NCBI GenBank assembly: GCA_030065235.1
Contig: JASJDC010000006.1
Coordinates: 32,535 to 96,534, forward strand
Direction: 5' to 3'
Length of the DNA stretch: 64,000 nucleotides
Source of the DNA: Alphaproteobacteria bacterium
GTDB lineage: Bacteria; Pseudomonadota; Alphaproteobacteria; UBA8366; Aestuariispiraceae
Position numbers and translations under genes: made by a program. The notes beneath the pieces were generated by a model, which worked only from the letters and a program-made list of their open reading frames with translations, did not search any database and was not told the DNA's origin. Positions 54,982-64,000 of this stretch are shown one piece after another; position 1 is the first letter of the stretch; each line of letters opens with the position of its first letter.

Positions 54982-56211
54982 ATGCCGCCGTTCGGCGCCC
55001 CGCGTTGCCTGATCCTGACGACCTATACGCCGAACGCCTCGATCGACACGATGGCGTCGGACATCGCTTTCGCTCTTGGGCGGTTCGGGGTTCGGGTCGG
55101 CTTCTATGTCGGAGGCAATTACGGCGATCCCAAATTGTTCGAAGCCATGATGCTGATGATCGGACAGTCGAAGGCGCCGGCCTTCGTCTTCGACATGAAC
55201 GCGCGGCTGAACCCGCAGGTGCTGAACCCAATGGTCGGCAAACAGAGCCTGTTCGACGCTTGGAAATTGCCGCGCGTCTCCTTCGTGATTGACAATCTGT
55301 TCCATCATGCGGAGCGGATCGCCGCCGCGCCGGACCATTCGCTCACCGGACTGATCGACGCCGACAGTCTCGACTGGGTCGATCAGATTGCGCCGGGCGG
55401 CCGCTCGATCTTTCATCTGCCGCATGCTGGCCCGGAACCGGGACGACGCTTGCCGACAACAGCCGAGCGCCCGATCGACCTTCTTTTCGCCGGGAATATC
55501 CGGGCCTTGCCGCCGCTGCCGGACTGGCTGGCCGCACGCGCTTTGCCAGAGCCTTTCGCGCCTGTGGTCGCCCAGGCCATTGAGCGCAGTCTGGCGGGCC
55601 CGGAAGCGGTCTATCAGGCGGTCGAGGCAAGCGCAGAGGCTCTCTCGGTCGAGACCGGTCTCAACGACCGGCTGCTTCTGTCTCGTACGGTCGAGGACTA
55701 TATCCGCAACCGGCGCAGGATCGATCTGTTCGCCGCCTTTAAGAAGACGCGCGTCACCGTCTATGGCGAGATCGAGCGCGACGCGCTGCCTGCTGGATCC
55801 GATGCGATCGAAACCGCCGACACGATTCCCTTTCTGGATCTGTTGGATGTGATGCGGCGTGCGAAATGCGTGTTGAATGTCTCGCCGTCTCTGCGCGGCG
55901 GCGGCCATGAGCGCCTGTTCTACGGGATCGCCAACGGCTGTTTCGGACTGACCGATTTCAGCCGCTATCTGGGAGGCGAGGCGCGCGAGGGATTGGGCGT
56001 CGCCTTCACGCCTTTCAACGCCGTGGAGATCGACGACATGGTAGCGTCCATCCTTGGCAAGTCTGATGCGGCCTTTGACGCCGTCCGCGAGAAAGCCCTG
56101 GACCACTACCGACGGGCGCACACCTGGACCGAACGGATGGAGCGCGTGCTGTACGCGCTGCACACGCATTTCCCAGGGCTCGGTTTCCAGCCGCCTGAAC
56201 GCAGTCTCTAA
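54982..56211 (+). CDS. hypothetical protein, possibly CgeB-like/GT1-like glycosyltransferase fold
   Basis: Plus-strand frame has normal composition, whereas the antisense 412-aa ORF is Arg-rich. The C-terminal half (IDLLFAGN..., VLNVSPSLRGGGHERLFYGIANG) recalls the Glyco_trans_1_2/CgeB family; this is weak. Confidence 0.45.
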   Translation: MPPFGAPRCLILTTYTPNASIDTMASDIAFALGRFGVRVGFYVGGNYGDPKLFEAMMLMIGQSKAPAFVFDMNARLNPQVLNPMVGKQSLFDAWKLPRVSFVIDNLFHHAERIAAAPDHSLTGLIDADSLDWVDQIAPGGRSIFHLPHAGPEPGRRLPTTAERPIDLLFAGNIRALPPLPDWLAARALPEPFAPVVAQAIERSLAGPEAVYQAVEASAEALSVETGLNDRLLLSRTVEDYIRNRRRIDLFAAFKKTRVTVYGEIERDALPAGSDAIETADTIPFLDLLDVMRRAKCVLNVSPSLRGGGHERLFYGIANGCFGLTDFSRYLGGEAREGLGVAFTPFNAVEIDDMVASILGKSDAAFDAVREKALDHYRRAHTWTERMERVLYALHTHFPGLGFQPPERSL

Positions 56212-56267
56212 TTTTTGGGACTGAACCGCTCCGGCGCGATCAATCGCGTCGATCCTCCGACAATCGG

Positions 56268-57479
56268 TTAAGCCGCGGGTTCAGGACTGAGATCCGAATA
56301 GCGCCGTAGCGCCCGAAGCGGGCTGAACAGCGCCGCCGCAAAGGAGCCTGCATAGGCAATTGCGACAAACACCAAACTCGCCTCCGGAGACGTCGCCTCG
56401 ACGAGCGCGCCGCCCAGCATGGCGCCCAACGGCCGCACGCCGTAAATGGCGGTCTGAATCACGGCGTTGACGCTTCCGAGCATCGCACTGGGCGTCACCA
56501 TCTGACGGATCGAGTTCTGGGAGACCAACCACGCGCCGGGCCCGAATCCCAATAGCAGAAATGCGCCATAGACGACTCCGATTGGGCCGTCTGGCGGGGT
56601 CAGCGTCAACGCGATCAAGGCGACGACCGAACTTCCGGGGCCGAACAGCAGGATGACATTCGGCGGGATTTGCGTGGAAAACCGACCTGCGGCCCACGAA
56701 CCTGCGACAGACCCAAATCCGAACGCCGCCATGGCGAAACCGAAGACGCCCGGGTCGGCCTGATAAACATCGACAATCAGCGGCGCCATGGCGACCAGCA
56801 AAGCGAAAAAGGCGACGTTCCAGAAAATCGCGCAGAGCGCGATGGGCAACAGAAACTTCTGCCTTGCCACATACACTCCAGCTTTAAAGACCTGTTTGAC
56901 CGTTTTTTCCTTCGTTCCAGTCGCCATCGAGAAGCAGGGCAGGCCGGTGGCAACTAGAAGTGCCGCTAATCCGCCCACTGTCGCGGCGGCGAAAACCCAC
57001 TGAGCGGTCGCCGCGCTGATGACGACGCCAACGCCAAGCGGAACAAGAAAAGACATGAGCGCCCTCGGTATTTCGATCTGCGCGTTGGCTTTTGCGAGCC
57101 GATCGCCCGCCTCGATCTTGGGGAGTATCGACAGGCTGACCAAGACAAACAGCACGATGCCGAAGCCACCGAAGGTCACCGAGACGCCGAACCAAAACAA
57201 GCTGCCGACATAGATGCACACCGCCGCGCCCGCGAAACCAAGGACTGAGATGATCGTGGATGCAATGGCGACCGTTCTCGACTGTGCATTGTCGACGACC
57301 ACGCCGAAAGGGAGCGACCCCAGTAGATGCGCCATCGACTGGCAGGCGACGAGAATACCGATCGTTTCGGCGGATGCGCCGAACACCAGCTTCGCAATGA
57401 GCGGGACCGACACAAGGGCGATCTGATCGGCGAAATGCATCCCATAGGCGGAAAATTTCAGGCGGCTAAGAACGTGCAT
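56268..57479 (-). CDS. MFS transporter
   Basis: 12 hydrophobic segments, about 403 aa, no other domain. Confidence 0.8.
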   Translation of the reverse strand: MHVLSRLKFSAYGMHFADQIALVSVPLIAKLVFGASAETIGILVACQSMAHLLGSLPFGVVVDNAQSRTVAIASTIISVLGFAGAAVCIYVGSLFWFGVSVTFGGFGIVLFVLVSLSILPKIEAGDRLAKANAQIEIPRALMSFLVPLGVGVVISAATAQWVFAAATVGGLAALLVATGLPCFSMATGTKEKTVKQVFKAGVYVARQKFLLPIALCAIFWNVAFFALLVAMAPLIVDVYQADPGVFGFAMAAFGFGSVAGSWAAGRFSTQIPPNVILLFGPGSSVVALIALTLTPPDGPIGVVYGAFLLLGFGPGAWLVSQNSIRQMVTPSAMLGSVNAVIQTAIYGVRPLGAMLGGALVEATSPEASLVFVAIAYAGSFAAALFSPLRALRRYSDLSPEPAA

Positions 57480-57708
57480 AAGGGCGTCTCTCTTTCGGTG
57501 GCGGACGCGGCTGGCTAAGGGAACCTAAGCGCCGCCGCCACCCGGTTCTTGCTTCTGGTCCGAAAGGATCGAACACGCGGGTTCATCTCGACGCTCGATT
57601 TGTGGCGGACGAGCGCGCCGCCCGAGCGCGGCCGCGCGGGTTTGACAAGCCTCGCCGCGCTGCCCATACAGCCGGCCATTTGGACAGTATAGCGGGACGC
57701 TTGTCGCC

Positions 57709-58488
57709 ATGGCTGGAACCGATTCCACGCTCGCCACCGATGCTGCGCCGAACGGCCCGGTCGTTATCCTGGTGGAGCCGCAACTAGGCCAGAATATCGG
57801 CATGGTCGCGCGGGCGATGCTGAACAATGGGTTAAGCCGGCTGCGTCTGGTCTCGCCGCGCGATGGTTGGCCGAATGAGGAAGCGGTCGCGGCCTCCTCC
57901 GGCGCCGTCTCTGTCTTGGAGACGGCTCAGGTCTTCGACACGACGGCGGATGCGGTCGCCGATCTGCAGCGGGTCTACGCCACGACGGCGCGGCCGCGCG
58001 GCATGGTCGGCCGGGTGCTGACGCCGCGCGCCGCCGGGCCTGAATTCGTCGCGCGCCAGTCGGAGGGGCTGGCCGTCGGCGTCCTGTTCGGCGCGGAGCG
58101 GGCTGGGCTCCACAATGATGATATCGCACTGGCCGATACGATCATCGAGGCGCCGCTGAATCCCGCCTTTATGTCGCTCAATCTGGCCCAGGCGGTGCTG
58201 CTGATCGCCTATGAATGGCGGATGGCCTGGCTCAACGCCCCGGCGGCGCGGCTGGAGACCGGCCGGTCCGAGGCGGTGTCGAAGGCCGAGTTGCTGAATT
58301 TCTTCGCGCGGCTTGAGGATAGCCTGGATAGCGGCGGTTTCTTCCGCGCCGTCGATATGAAGCCGGTGATGGTGCGCAACATCCGCAATATCTTCCAGCG
58401 CGCTAATCTGACTGATCAGGAGGTGCGCACCCTGCACGGGATGATCGAGGCGCTGAAAAGGCTGCGCTCGCCAAACCTCGACGGCTGA
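57709..58488 (+). CDS. SpoU/TrmH-family RNA 2'-O-methyltransferase (TrmJ-like)
   Basis: [32 protein letters not shown] and SLNLAQAV motifs of the SPOUT class. Confidence 0.8.
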   Translation: MAGTDSTLATDAAPNGPVVILVEPQLGQNIGMVARAMLNNGLSRLRLVSPRDGWPNEEAVAASSGAVSVLETAQVFDTTADAVADLQRVYATTARPRGMVGRVLTPRAAGPEFVARQSEGLAVGVLFGAERAGLHNDDIALADTIIEAPLNPAFMSLNLAQAVLLIAYEWRMAWLNAPAARLETGRSEAVSKAELLNFFARLEDSLDSGGFFRAVDMKPVMVRNIRNIFQRANLTDQEVRTLHGMIEALKRLRSPNLDG

Positions 58489-58517
58489 CCGAGGCGGAAC
58501 ATGCCCGCGCGCGGGGT

Positions 58518-58545
58518 TTGACTTTGCGGGCGCGCCGCGTATAAC
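58518..58545 (+). promoter_or_regulatory. sigma-70-type promoter candidate for rpsD (TTGACT-N16-TATAAC)
   Basis: TTGACT at 58518-58523 and TATAAC at 58540-58545 with a 16-nt spacer. This would give a leader of about 130 nt before ATG 58685. Confidence 0.45.
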
Positions 58546-58684
58546 GCGCGCTGATTTCCGGAAATGTGGACCGGTCGTGATGGGCCGTCTCCCGCCGCCG
58601 GCGCGCCGCTTTCGCTTGGATTGCGTCGGATCACGGACTACCGGACAACGAAGACCAACCGACTTAAAGACGGGAACCAGAGCC

Positions 58685-59299
58685 ATGAGCAAGCGCATCA
58701 GCGCCAAGTACAAGATCGACCGCCGCCTGGGTGTAAACCTGTGGGGCCGTCCGAAAAGCCCCTTCAACAAGCGCGAATACGGCCCCGGCCAGCACGGTCA
58801 GCGCCGCCGCAAGCCGTCCGATTTCGGCACGCAGCTGACGGCGAAGCAGAAGCTGAAGGGCTATTACGGCAATATCGGCGAGAAGAAATTCCGCAGCTAT
58901 TATGACGAAGCGGTCCGCCGCCGCGGCGACACCGGGGAAAACCTGGTCGGCCTGCTGGAGCACCGGCTGGATGCGGTGATCTATCGCGCGAAATTCGTCC
59001 CTACCGTCTTTGCAGCGCGCCAGTTCATCAATCACGGCCATATCACCGTCAACGGCAAGCGCGTGAACATTCCGTCCTTCCATGTTCGGGAAGGCGACGT
59101 GGTCGCCGTGCGCGAGAAAAGCCGCAATCTGGGCGTCGTCCTGGAAGCGATCTCGCTGACCGAACGCGACGTGCCGGACTATATCGAAGCGGACCACAAC
59201 CGCCTCACCGCCGGCCTGATCCGCACGCCGAAACTGGAAGACATTCCCTACGCCGCCCAAATGGAGCCGAACTTGGTCGTCGAGTTCTATTCGCGGTAA
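58685..59299 (+). CDS. rpsD: 30S ribosomal protein S4
   Basis: [26 protein letters not shown]... and an S4 RNA-binding domain ([38 protein letters not shown]). 204 aa. Confidence 0.95.
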   Translation: MSKRISAKYKIDRRLGVNLWGRPKSPFNKREYGPGQHGQRRRKPSDFGTQLTAKQKLKGYYGNIGEKKFRSYYDEAVRRRGDTGENLVGLLEHRLDAVIYRAKFVPTVFAARQFINHGHITVNGKRVNIPSFHVREGDVVAVREKSRNLGVVLEAISLTERDVPDYIEADHNRLTAGLIRTPKLEDIPYAAQMEPNLVVEFYSR

Positions 59300-59321
59300 G
59301 CGCCGTCCAGACGGACGAATC

Positions 59322-59355
59322 AAAAAGGGCCGCTCGTCAGGGCGGCCCTTTTTTT
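59322..59355 (+). terminator. rho-independent terminator of rpsD
   Basis: GGGCCGC-tcgtcagg-GCGGCCC stem-loop preceded by an A-run and followed by TTTTTTT (59349-59355). Confidence 0.85.
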
Positions 59356-59356
59356 A

Positions 59357-60948
59357 TGTCCAACATAGGCTTGGGTCGTGCTTAGCAAGCTGCTGTTAGC
59401 ACAGTTTGAGTCAGGTCATGCCCTTAAAGCGACAAGTCGTCGCATTAGCCCTCGCAACTGAAACCCTTGTATTTGCGGTCTATACAACTCAATTCTTAAT
59501 TGCACAAAGGTATGGAGCGCAATTCTCAAGGCGGAGTCAGCCGCAAGTATGGCCCACAGGAACAGAAGGACAGCAACATACATAGGTACGCTAGATGACA
59601 TGGCGTTAAAGTACCCATGGAACTTTCAGATGGGCGAGGACTTTCTGAATCGGGAAATTTTTCGTTCAGTCGTTCTAGGTCGCGAGATACTCATCAATGA
59701 TGGATATCTAATCAATCACCCGTTGGCGTTAAGCCAGGTTATGGAGGGTGACAATAGCCCGCTACGCGCGCTCGCCAGAGAAGGGCACGTGCGCATACTC
59801 TGTAGAGATAAAGAAAACGAAAACTTTCATTTAATGCCAGAGAAAATGGCTACGAATGGAATTAGTACTTATCAAAAACTGATTCGCCAATCGAACTGGC
59901 CCGAGACGCGTAGAAGGCTCGAGTCGTTTGGGAATAGTATTAGGAGCCGTGGTGGAATCGAGTATTGGCCTTCCACCGACATGAGCATTTCATTCGAGAG
60001 ACTGATAGACCGTCTCGACGGCCTTAGCACCGGTCAAATCGGCCTAACCAGCGTATCGGACGTCCTATTCAGGAAAGTGCTCGAGCACTTCAGGCGAAGC
60101 ATGCGCGAGCATAAGGATAGACCGCGGGACAGGTGGGAAAAGGTTTGTCGCTCAATGGTGACTTTGTACGATTGTACGGACCGGGAATTAGCGGTTCGCC
60201 AATTGATGAACCTAGCAAATGAGGTTTATCACTACAATTTCGGACTGGCGCTATCTGCGAACTCCGATCGCGAGATTTCCGTTGAGACACAGTACTCATA
60301 CGCTTTTGCGGATTTCCTTAGGTCAGAAACAGGAATCGCCAGTCTTCAAGGGCAGATTCCTTCCGTAAGGCTTCCAAACAACATTCCTTACAACGACGGA
60401 TCGCGCTTGCCTCCGTTTTGTGACCCATCTTCCAAGATCGGCGAGGCTCGAAGCAATTATCTTGATGCGATGAACAGATATCTAAATGGGCGGCTGGATC
60501 GCGAACAGGCCACTGATGCGGCCGATTGTTATCAAGCGCGCATCCATGAATATTTCAAACACAGTCGGGACCTCAACTCGGCTACGATCCCAGCGAGAAT
60601 TACGCTGGCGATTGTGGGAGGCGTAGTAAGCTTAGTGGCAGATCCAATCGTTGGCTCGGTTTTTGGTGTTCTAGCCTTTGTGGGCGGCGAGTATGGTGTT
60701 CCGCGTCTGGTTAAGAAGTTTCGAATCGACGAGGGCGCGTCCAGTGTCGTCAGTAGGGCGCAAGGATGGTTCGGCCCGCTTGGCGGGCCTGCTGGCGCAG
60801 GTCACGCAATAAGTTCTGTGGCGTTGGACCGCGAAAAGGCGATAACCTTTCTTGATGGGGTCCCAAGGTTCGACTGAGGCTATCCGTACCGCTCCGCGAG
60901 ATGATTCGTCCGCAATCGCGATTGGTCATCTCACGTCGCAGGTTGACC
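59357..60948. other. low-G+C single-gene insert between the rpsD terminator and the 3' end of an ABC operon
   Basis: Hand counts of 60-nt lines give 30% (59821), 42% (59641, 60181) and 50% (60661), against 65% in the adjacent line 61021. No integrase, tRNA or obvious flanking direct repeat. Confidence 0.5.
59549..60877 (+). CDS. orphan hypothetical protein (about 415-442 aa) with C-terminal Gly-rich hydrophobic hairpin
   Basis: The only long ORF in the low-G+C insert. No motif I can assign. Residues 351-380 (nt 60599-60688) read ITLAIVGGVVSLVADPIVGSVFGVLAFVGG. Start is ambiguous (ATG 59549, 59600 or 59630). Confidence 0.6.
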   Translation: MAHRNRRTATYIGTLDDMALKYPWNFQMGEDFLNREIFRSVVLGREILINDGYLINHPLALSQVMEGDNSPLRALAREGHVRILCRDKENENFHLMPEKMATNGISTYQKLIRQSNWPETRRRLESFGNSIRSRGGIEYWPSTDMSISFERLIDRLDGLSTGQIGLTSVSDVLFRKVLEHFRRSMREHKDRPRDRWEKVCRSMVTLYDCTDRELAVRQLMNLANEVYHYNFGLALSANSDREISVETQYSYAFADFLRSETGIASLQGQIPSVRLPNNIPYNDGSRLPPFCDPSSKIGEARSNYLDAMNRYLNGRLDREQATDAADCYQARIHEYFKHSRDLNSATIPARITLAIVGGVVSLVADPIVGSVFGVLAFVGGEYGVPRLVKKFRIDEGASSVVSRAQGWFGPLGGPAGAGHAISSVALDREKAITFLDGVPRFD

Positions 60949-62649
60949 CTAATTATCCGCCGACTCCGCCAGTTTGCCTTCGGCGCGGAGGCGGGCGCGT
61001 TCGGCGAGGAGGTCGTCGAGCCAGTCGGGGTCCATCTCCGGGACTGATGAGAGCAAGAGGTCGGTGTAGGGCGTGTGCGGCGGCTGGAACATGCCGTCCT
61101 TGGCGCCCTGGTCGTCTACCTTACCCTTGAGCATCACCACCACATGATCGGCGATGGCGCGGACGGTCGCCAGGTCGTGGGTGATGAACATATAGGCCAG
61201 ATGCAGTTCCTTCTGCAGCCTGTCGAGCAGTTTCAGGATTTCCTCGGCGACCAGTTGGTCGAGCGCTGAGGTGACCTCGTCGCAGATGATCAGTTCCGGC
61301 TCGGCGGCGAGCGCCCGGGCGATGCAGATCCGTTGTTTCTGACCGCCCGACAATTCGGTGGGATAGCGGTCGATATACGTGTCCGGGTCCATCTCGATCA
61401 TGTTCAGCAATTCGCGTGTACGGTCCTCGCGCTGCTTGCCCGACATGCCAAGATAGAAGGAGAGGGGACGTCCGATAATCTCCCGAATCTTTTGCCGCGG
61501 ATTGAGCGCGGTGTCGGCCATTTGATAGATCATCTGGGCCTTGCGCAGCTGGCTCTTGTCGCGTTGTCGGAAGTCCGGCGGCAGGGTCTCGCCGGCGAAT
61601 TCGATCGACCCTTCGCTCGGCGGCAATAGGCCGGTGATGACCCGCGCGGTCGTGCTCTTGCCGCTGCCCGACTCGCCGACGACCGCGACGGTCTGTTCCC
61701 GATAGACGTCGAAATTCACGCCGAACAGGACCGGCGTCGTTCCGTAAGAGGCGGAGACGTTCTTCACACGCAGCAGCGGTTCTTCGCCGCCGGTTTCTTT
61801 CTCGCCTTCCTTGGCGAAGGAGCGCACGGAGAGAAGCTGACGGGTATATTCCTCTTTCGGTCCGGCCAGCATTTCGCGCGTGTCGCCTTCCTCGACCAGC
61901 TTGCCGTGGCGCAGCACCATGATGTGGTCGGCCATCTGGGCGACCACGGCGAGATCATGGGTGACATAAATCGCCGCGGTGTTGAACTGATCGACAATGT
62001 CGCGGATCGCCGCCAGGACCTCGATCTGGGTCGTCACGTCGAGCGCGGTGGTCGGCTCGTCGAAAATGATCAAGTCCGGCCGACAGGACATCGCCATCGC
62101 CGTCATCGCGCGCTGCAACTGACCGCCGGAGACCTGGTGCGGATAGCGGTAGCCGATATTATCCGGGTCCGGCAGGCGGAGGCGGCCGAACAGTTGCTTG
62201 GCGTCGGTTTCGGCATCGGACTTGTTGCTGAAACCGTGCAGGATCGGGCTTTCGGTGAATTGGTCGATCAGGCGATGCGCCGGGTTGAAATTCGCCGCCG
62301 CGCTCTGCGCGACATAGGCGATGCGCCGGCCGCGCAACTGCCGCAACTGCTCGTCGCTGGCGTTCAGCATATCGATGCCGTCGAAATTGACCGAGCCGCC
62401 GCTGATGTAACAGCCGCCGCGTGTGTAGGCCATGGCGGCGAGGCCGATGGTGGACTTGCCCGCCCCGGATTCGCCGATCAGGCCCAGCACTTCGCCGCGC
62501 CGCAGCGTGACATCGACGCCGTGCACGATCTCGAAATCATCGGCGTCCTCTTGGCGAACGGAAATACGCAGGTCGCGCATCTCAACCAGGACATCGCCCT
62601 TTTGGCCGCGTTCGCGCCCAGCTTCATCGGTCGTTGTTTGTTCGGACAT
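60949..62649 (-). CDS. fused double-NBD ABC transporter ATP-binding protein (DppD/DppF-like)
   Basis: Two Walker A motifs (GESGAGKST, GESGSGKST), two signatures (VSGGQLQR, LSGGQKQR) and two Walker B motifs (IIFDEPTTALD, IICDEVTSALD). Confidence 0.9.
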   Translation of the reverse strand: MSEQTTTDEAGRERGQKGDVLVEMRDLRISVRQEDADDFEIVHGVDVTLRRGEVLGLIGESGAGKSTIGLAAMAYTRGGCYISGGSVNFDGIDMLNASDEQLRQLRGRRIAYVAQSAAANFNPAHRLIDQFTESPILHGFSNKSDAETDAKQLFGRLRLPDPDNIGYRYPHQVSGGQLQRAMTAMAMSCRPDLIIFDEPTTALDVTTQIEVLAAIRDIVDQFNTAAIYVTHDLAVVAQMADHIMVLRHGKLVEEGDTREMLAGPKEEYTRQLLSVRSFAKEGEKETGGEEPLLRVKNVSASYGTTPVLFGVNFDVYREQTVAVVGESGSGKSTTARVITGLLPPSEGSIEFAGETLPPDFRQRDKSQLRKAQMIYQMADTALNPRQKIREIIGRPLSFYLGMSGKQREDRTRELLNMIEMDPDTYIDRYPTELSGGQKQRICIARALAAEPELIICDEVTSALDQLVAEEILKLLDRLQKELHLAYMFITHDLATVRAIADHVVVMLKGKVDDQGAKDGMFQPPHTPYTDLLLSSVPEMDPDWLDDLLAERARLRAEGKLAESADN

Positions 62650-62662
62650 CGGCCAATCCCTC

Positions 62663-63490
62663 CTAGTCTTTCAAGCCGCTGGTCAGATGCAGGAACCAGT
62701 CGACGACGAAGTTGACAGCCACGGTGAGCAAGGCGATCGCCGCCGCCGGGATCAGCGGCGTCGATTCGCCGAACGTGATCAGGACGGCGTTGTCCCGCAC
62801 CATGCTGCCCCAGTCCGCCGTCGGCGGCTGCAGGCCCAGCCCGAGGAAACTCAAGGCGGCGATGAAGAGGAAAACGAAACAGAAGCGCAGCCCGAACTCC
62901 GCCACTAAGGGCGGCAGGATATTCGGCAAAACCTCTTTGCCGATAATGTAGAGCAAGCCTTCGCCGCGCAGTTTCGCGACCTCGACAAAGTCCAAGACGA
63001 CGACATTCATGGCGACCGCCCGCGCCAACCTGAATACCGAGGTCGAGTATAGAAATCCGATCACCAGGATGAGGTTGAACACGGACGTGCCGACAATGGT
63101 CAGGATCAACAGGCCGAAGATCAGGGTCGGGATCGCCATCAACACGTCCACAATCCGGCCGAGAAGCTGGTCGACCCAACCGCCCAGGGTGGCGGCGAGC
63201 AGGCCGAAGAAACAGCCGACGACAAAGGCCAGGATCGTCGTCAGGATCGCGATCCCGACGGTGTTCCGGGCGCCATAGACGATCCGGCTCCACATATCCC
63301 GGCCCAGATTGTCGGTGCCCAACAGCCATTCCTCGGTCGCGGGCTCATATTGCGCGCCGACGATCTCGCGCTCGCCGAATGGCGCGATGACATCGGCGAA
63401 TATCGCGACCAGGATGTAGAGCAGGATGACGATCATCCCGAACATCGCCGTCGGCGGGGCGGATTTCAGAAGCTTCCAGGTCTCGTTCAT
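62663..63490 (-). CDS. ABC transporter permease (DppC/OppC-like)
   Basis: 6-TM profile with the EAA-type loop VEVAKLRGEGLLYIIGKEVLPN. Confidence 0.85.
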   Translation of the reverse strand: MNETWKLLKSAPPTAMFGMIVILLYILVAIFADVIAPFGEREIVGAQYEPATEEWLLGTDNLGRDMWSRIVYGARNTVGIAILTTILAFVVGCFFGLLAATLGGWVDQLLGRIVDVLMAIPTLIFGLLILTIVGTSVFNLILVIGFLYSTSVFRLARAVAMNVVVLDFVEVAKLRGEGLLYIIGKEVLPNILPPLVAEFGLRFCFVFLFIAALSFLGLGLQPPTADWGSMVRDNAVLITFGESTPLIPAAAIALLTVAVNFVVDWFLHLTSGLKD

Positions 63491-63506
63491 GATCCCGTCT
63501 CCCCCA

Positions 63507-64000
63507 TCAGCGCGGATGCAACAAACGGGGGTTTGTCAGGATCGACAAAATGTCCGCTGTCAGATTGAGCAGGATATAGGTGACGGCGAAGATCAGGCTG
63601 CAGGCCTGGACCACCGGGAAGTCCCGCTTCGACACGCTATCGACCAGAAGCTGTCCCATGCCCGGATAGACGAAGACCACTTCGACAACCACGACTCCGA
63701 CGATCAGATAGGCAAGGTTCAAGACCACCACATTGATAATCGGCGCCCAGGCGTTCGGCAGCGCGTGCTTGACGATGATGTCCCGCTTGGCGACGCCCTT
63801 CAGCGTGGCCATCTCGATAAACGGGCTGTTGAGCAGGTTGATGATCGCCGCCCGCGTCATGCGCATCATATGCGCGGTCACGACCAGCGTCAGCGTCAAC
63901 GCCGGTAGGAAACTGCGATAGACATGATCCCAGAAGGCTGTGTCGGGACTGATATTCGAAATCGCCGGGAACCAGCCTGTTATGACCGCCATCCAAAGAA
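63507..64000 (-). CDS. ABC transporter permease (DppB/OppB-like), C-terminal part; 5' end outside window
   Basis: EAA-type loop IEMATLKGVAKRDIIVKHALPNAWAP. The frame remains open to the window end. Confidence 0.8.
   Translation of the reverse strand, partial: LWMAVITGWFPAISNISPDTAFWDHVYRSFLPALTLTLVVTAHMMRMTRAAIINLLNSPFIEMATLKGVAKRDIIVKHALPNAWAPIINVVVLNLAYLIVGVVVVEVVFVYPGMGQLLVDSVSKRDFPVVQACSLIFAVTYILLNLTADILSILTNPRLLHPR

Noticed and set aside
54931-56169. 412-aa minus-strand ORF competing with the 54982-56211 plus-strand ORF
   Set aside because: The minus frame is Arg-rich with no hydrophobic core pattern, while the plus frame has balanced composition. The plus strand was kept, with moderate confidence.
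1-64000. Scan for CRISPR arrays, rRNA genes, IS elements, transposases or integrases
   Set aside because: No regularly spaced direct repeats, no rRNA-like sequence, and no ORF with DDE transposase, tyrosine recombinase or serine recombinase motifs was seen on either strand.

Overview
About 65% G+C chromosomal segment. Gene content suggests an alphaproteobacterium, but this is unverified. All family calls come from motif recognition in the supplied translations; no database search was possible.

Layout:
- 1-1.6 kb: two sugar-catabolic enzymes.
- 1.9-12.1 kb: a 12-gene, tightly coupled operon. It joins a polyol-type ABC importer (two NBDs plus a small membrane ORF) to a PTS-dependent dihydroxyacetone kinase. 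DhaM is split into separate EIIA, HPr and full Enzyme I proteins, and an XRE-type HTH gene is embedded.
- 12.2-14.5 kb: a second, convergent dhaK-dhaL pair behind a truncated SorC-family regulator gene.
- 14.5-20.0 kb: a lower-G+C block encoding an MCP, a YfiR/DUF4154-like periplasmic protein and a TonB-dependent receptor.
- 20-23 kb: an FGGY kinase and an MFS transporter.
- 23.1-29.8 kb: a GntR-controlled catabolic locus (PotABCD-like importer, mandelate-racemase-type enolase, SDR).
- 29.9-31.4 kb: tRNA-Val(CAC) directly followed by a polytopic membrane protein with Sel1/Hcp-like repeats.
- 31.6-59.3 kb: mostly housekeeping genes (glmU, glmS, gor, class II DAHP synthase, nadE, gltX, cysS, cimA, MTA phosphorylase, rpsD).
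- 39.5-42.1 kb: inside that stretch, a redox-themed operon of thioredoxin-like 2Fe-2S ferredoxin, secreted protein and a membrane/2Fe-2S/class III cyclase fusion.
- 59.4-60.9 kb: a markedly low-G+C single orphan gene wedged behind the rpsD terminator.
- 60.9-64 kb: a Dpp/Opp-type ABC operon that runs off the window.

No CRISPR array, rRNA, IS element or integrase was seen.

Best candidates for something undescribed: the orphan gene, the ferredoxin-cyclase operon and the MCP/YfiR-like/TBDR block.
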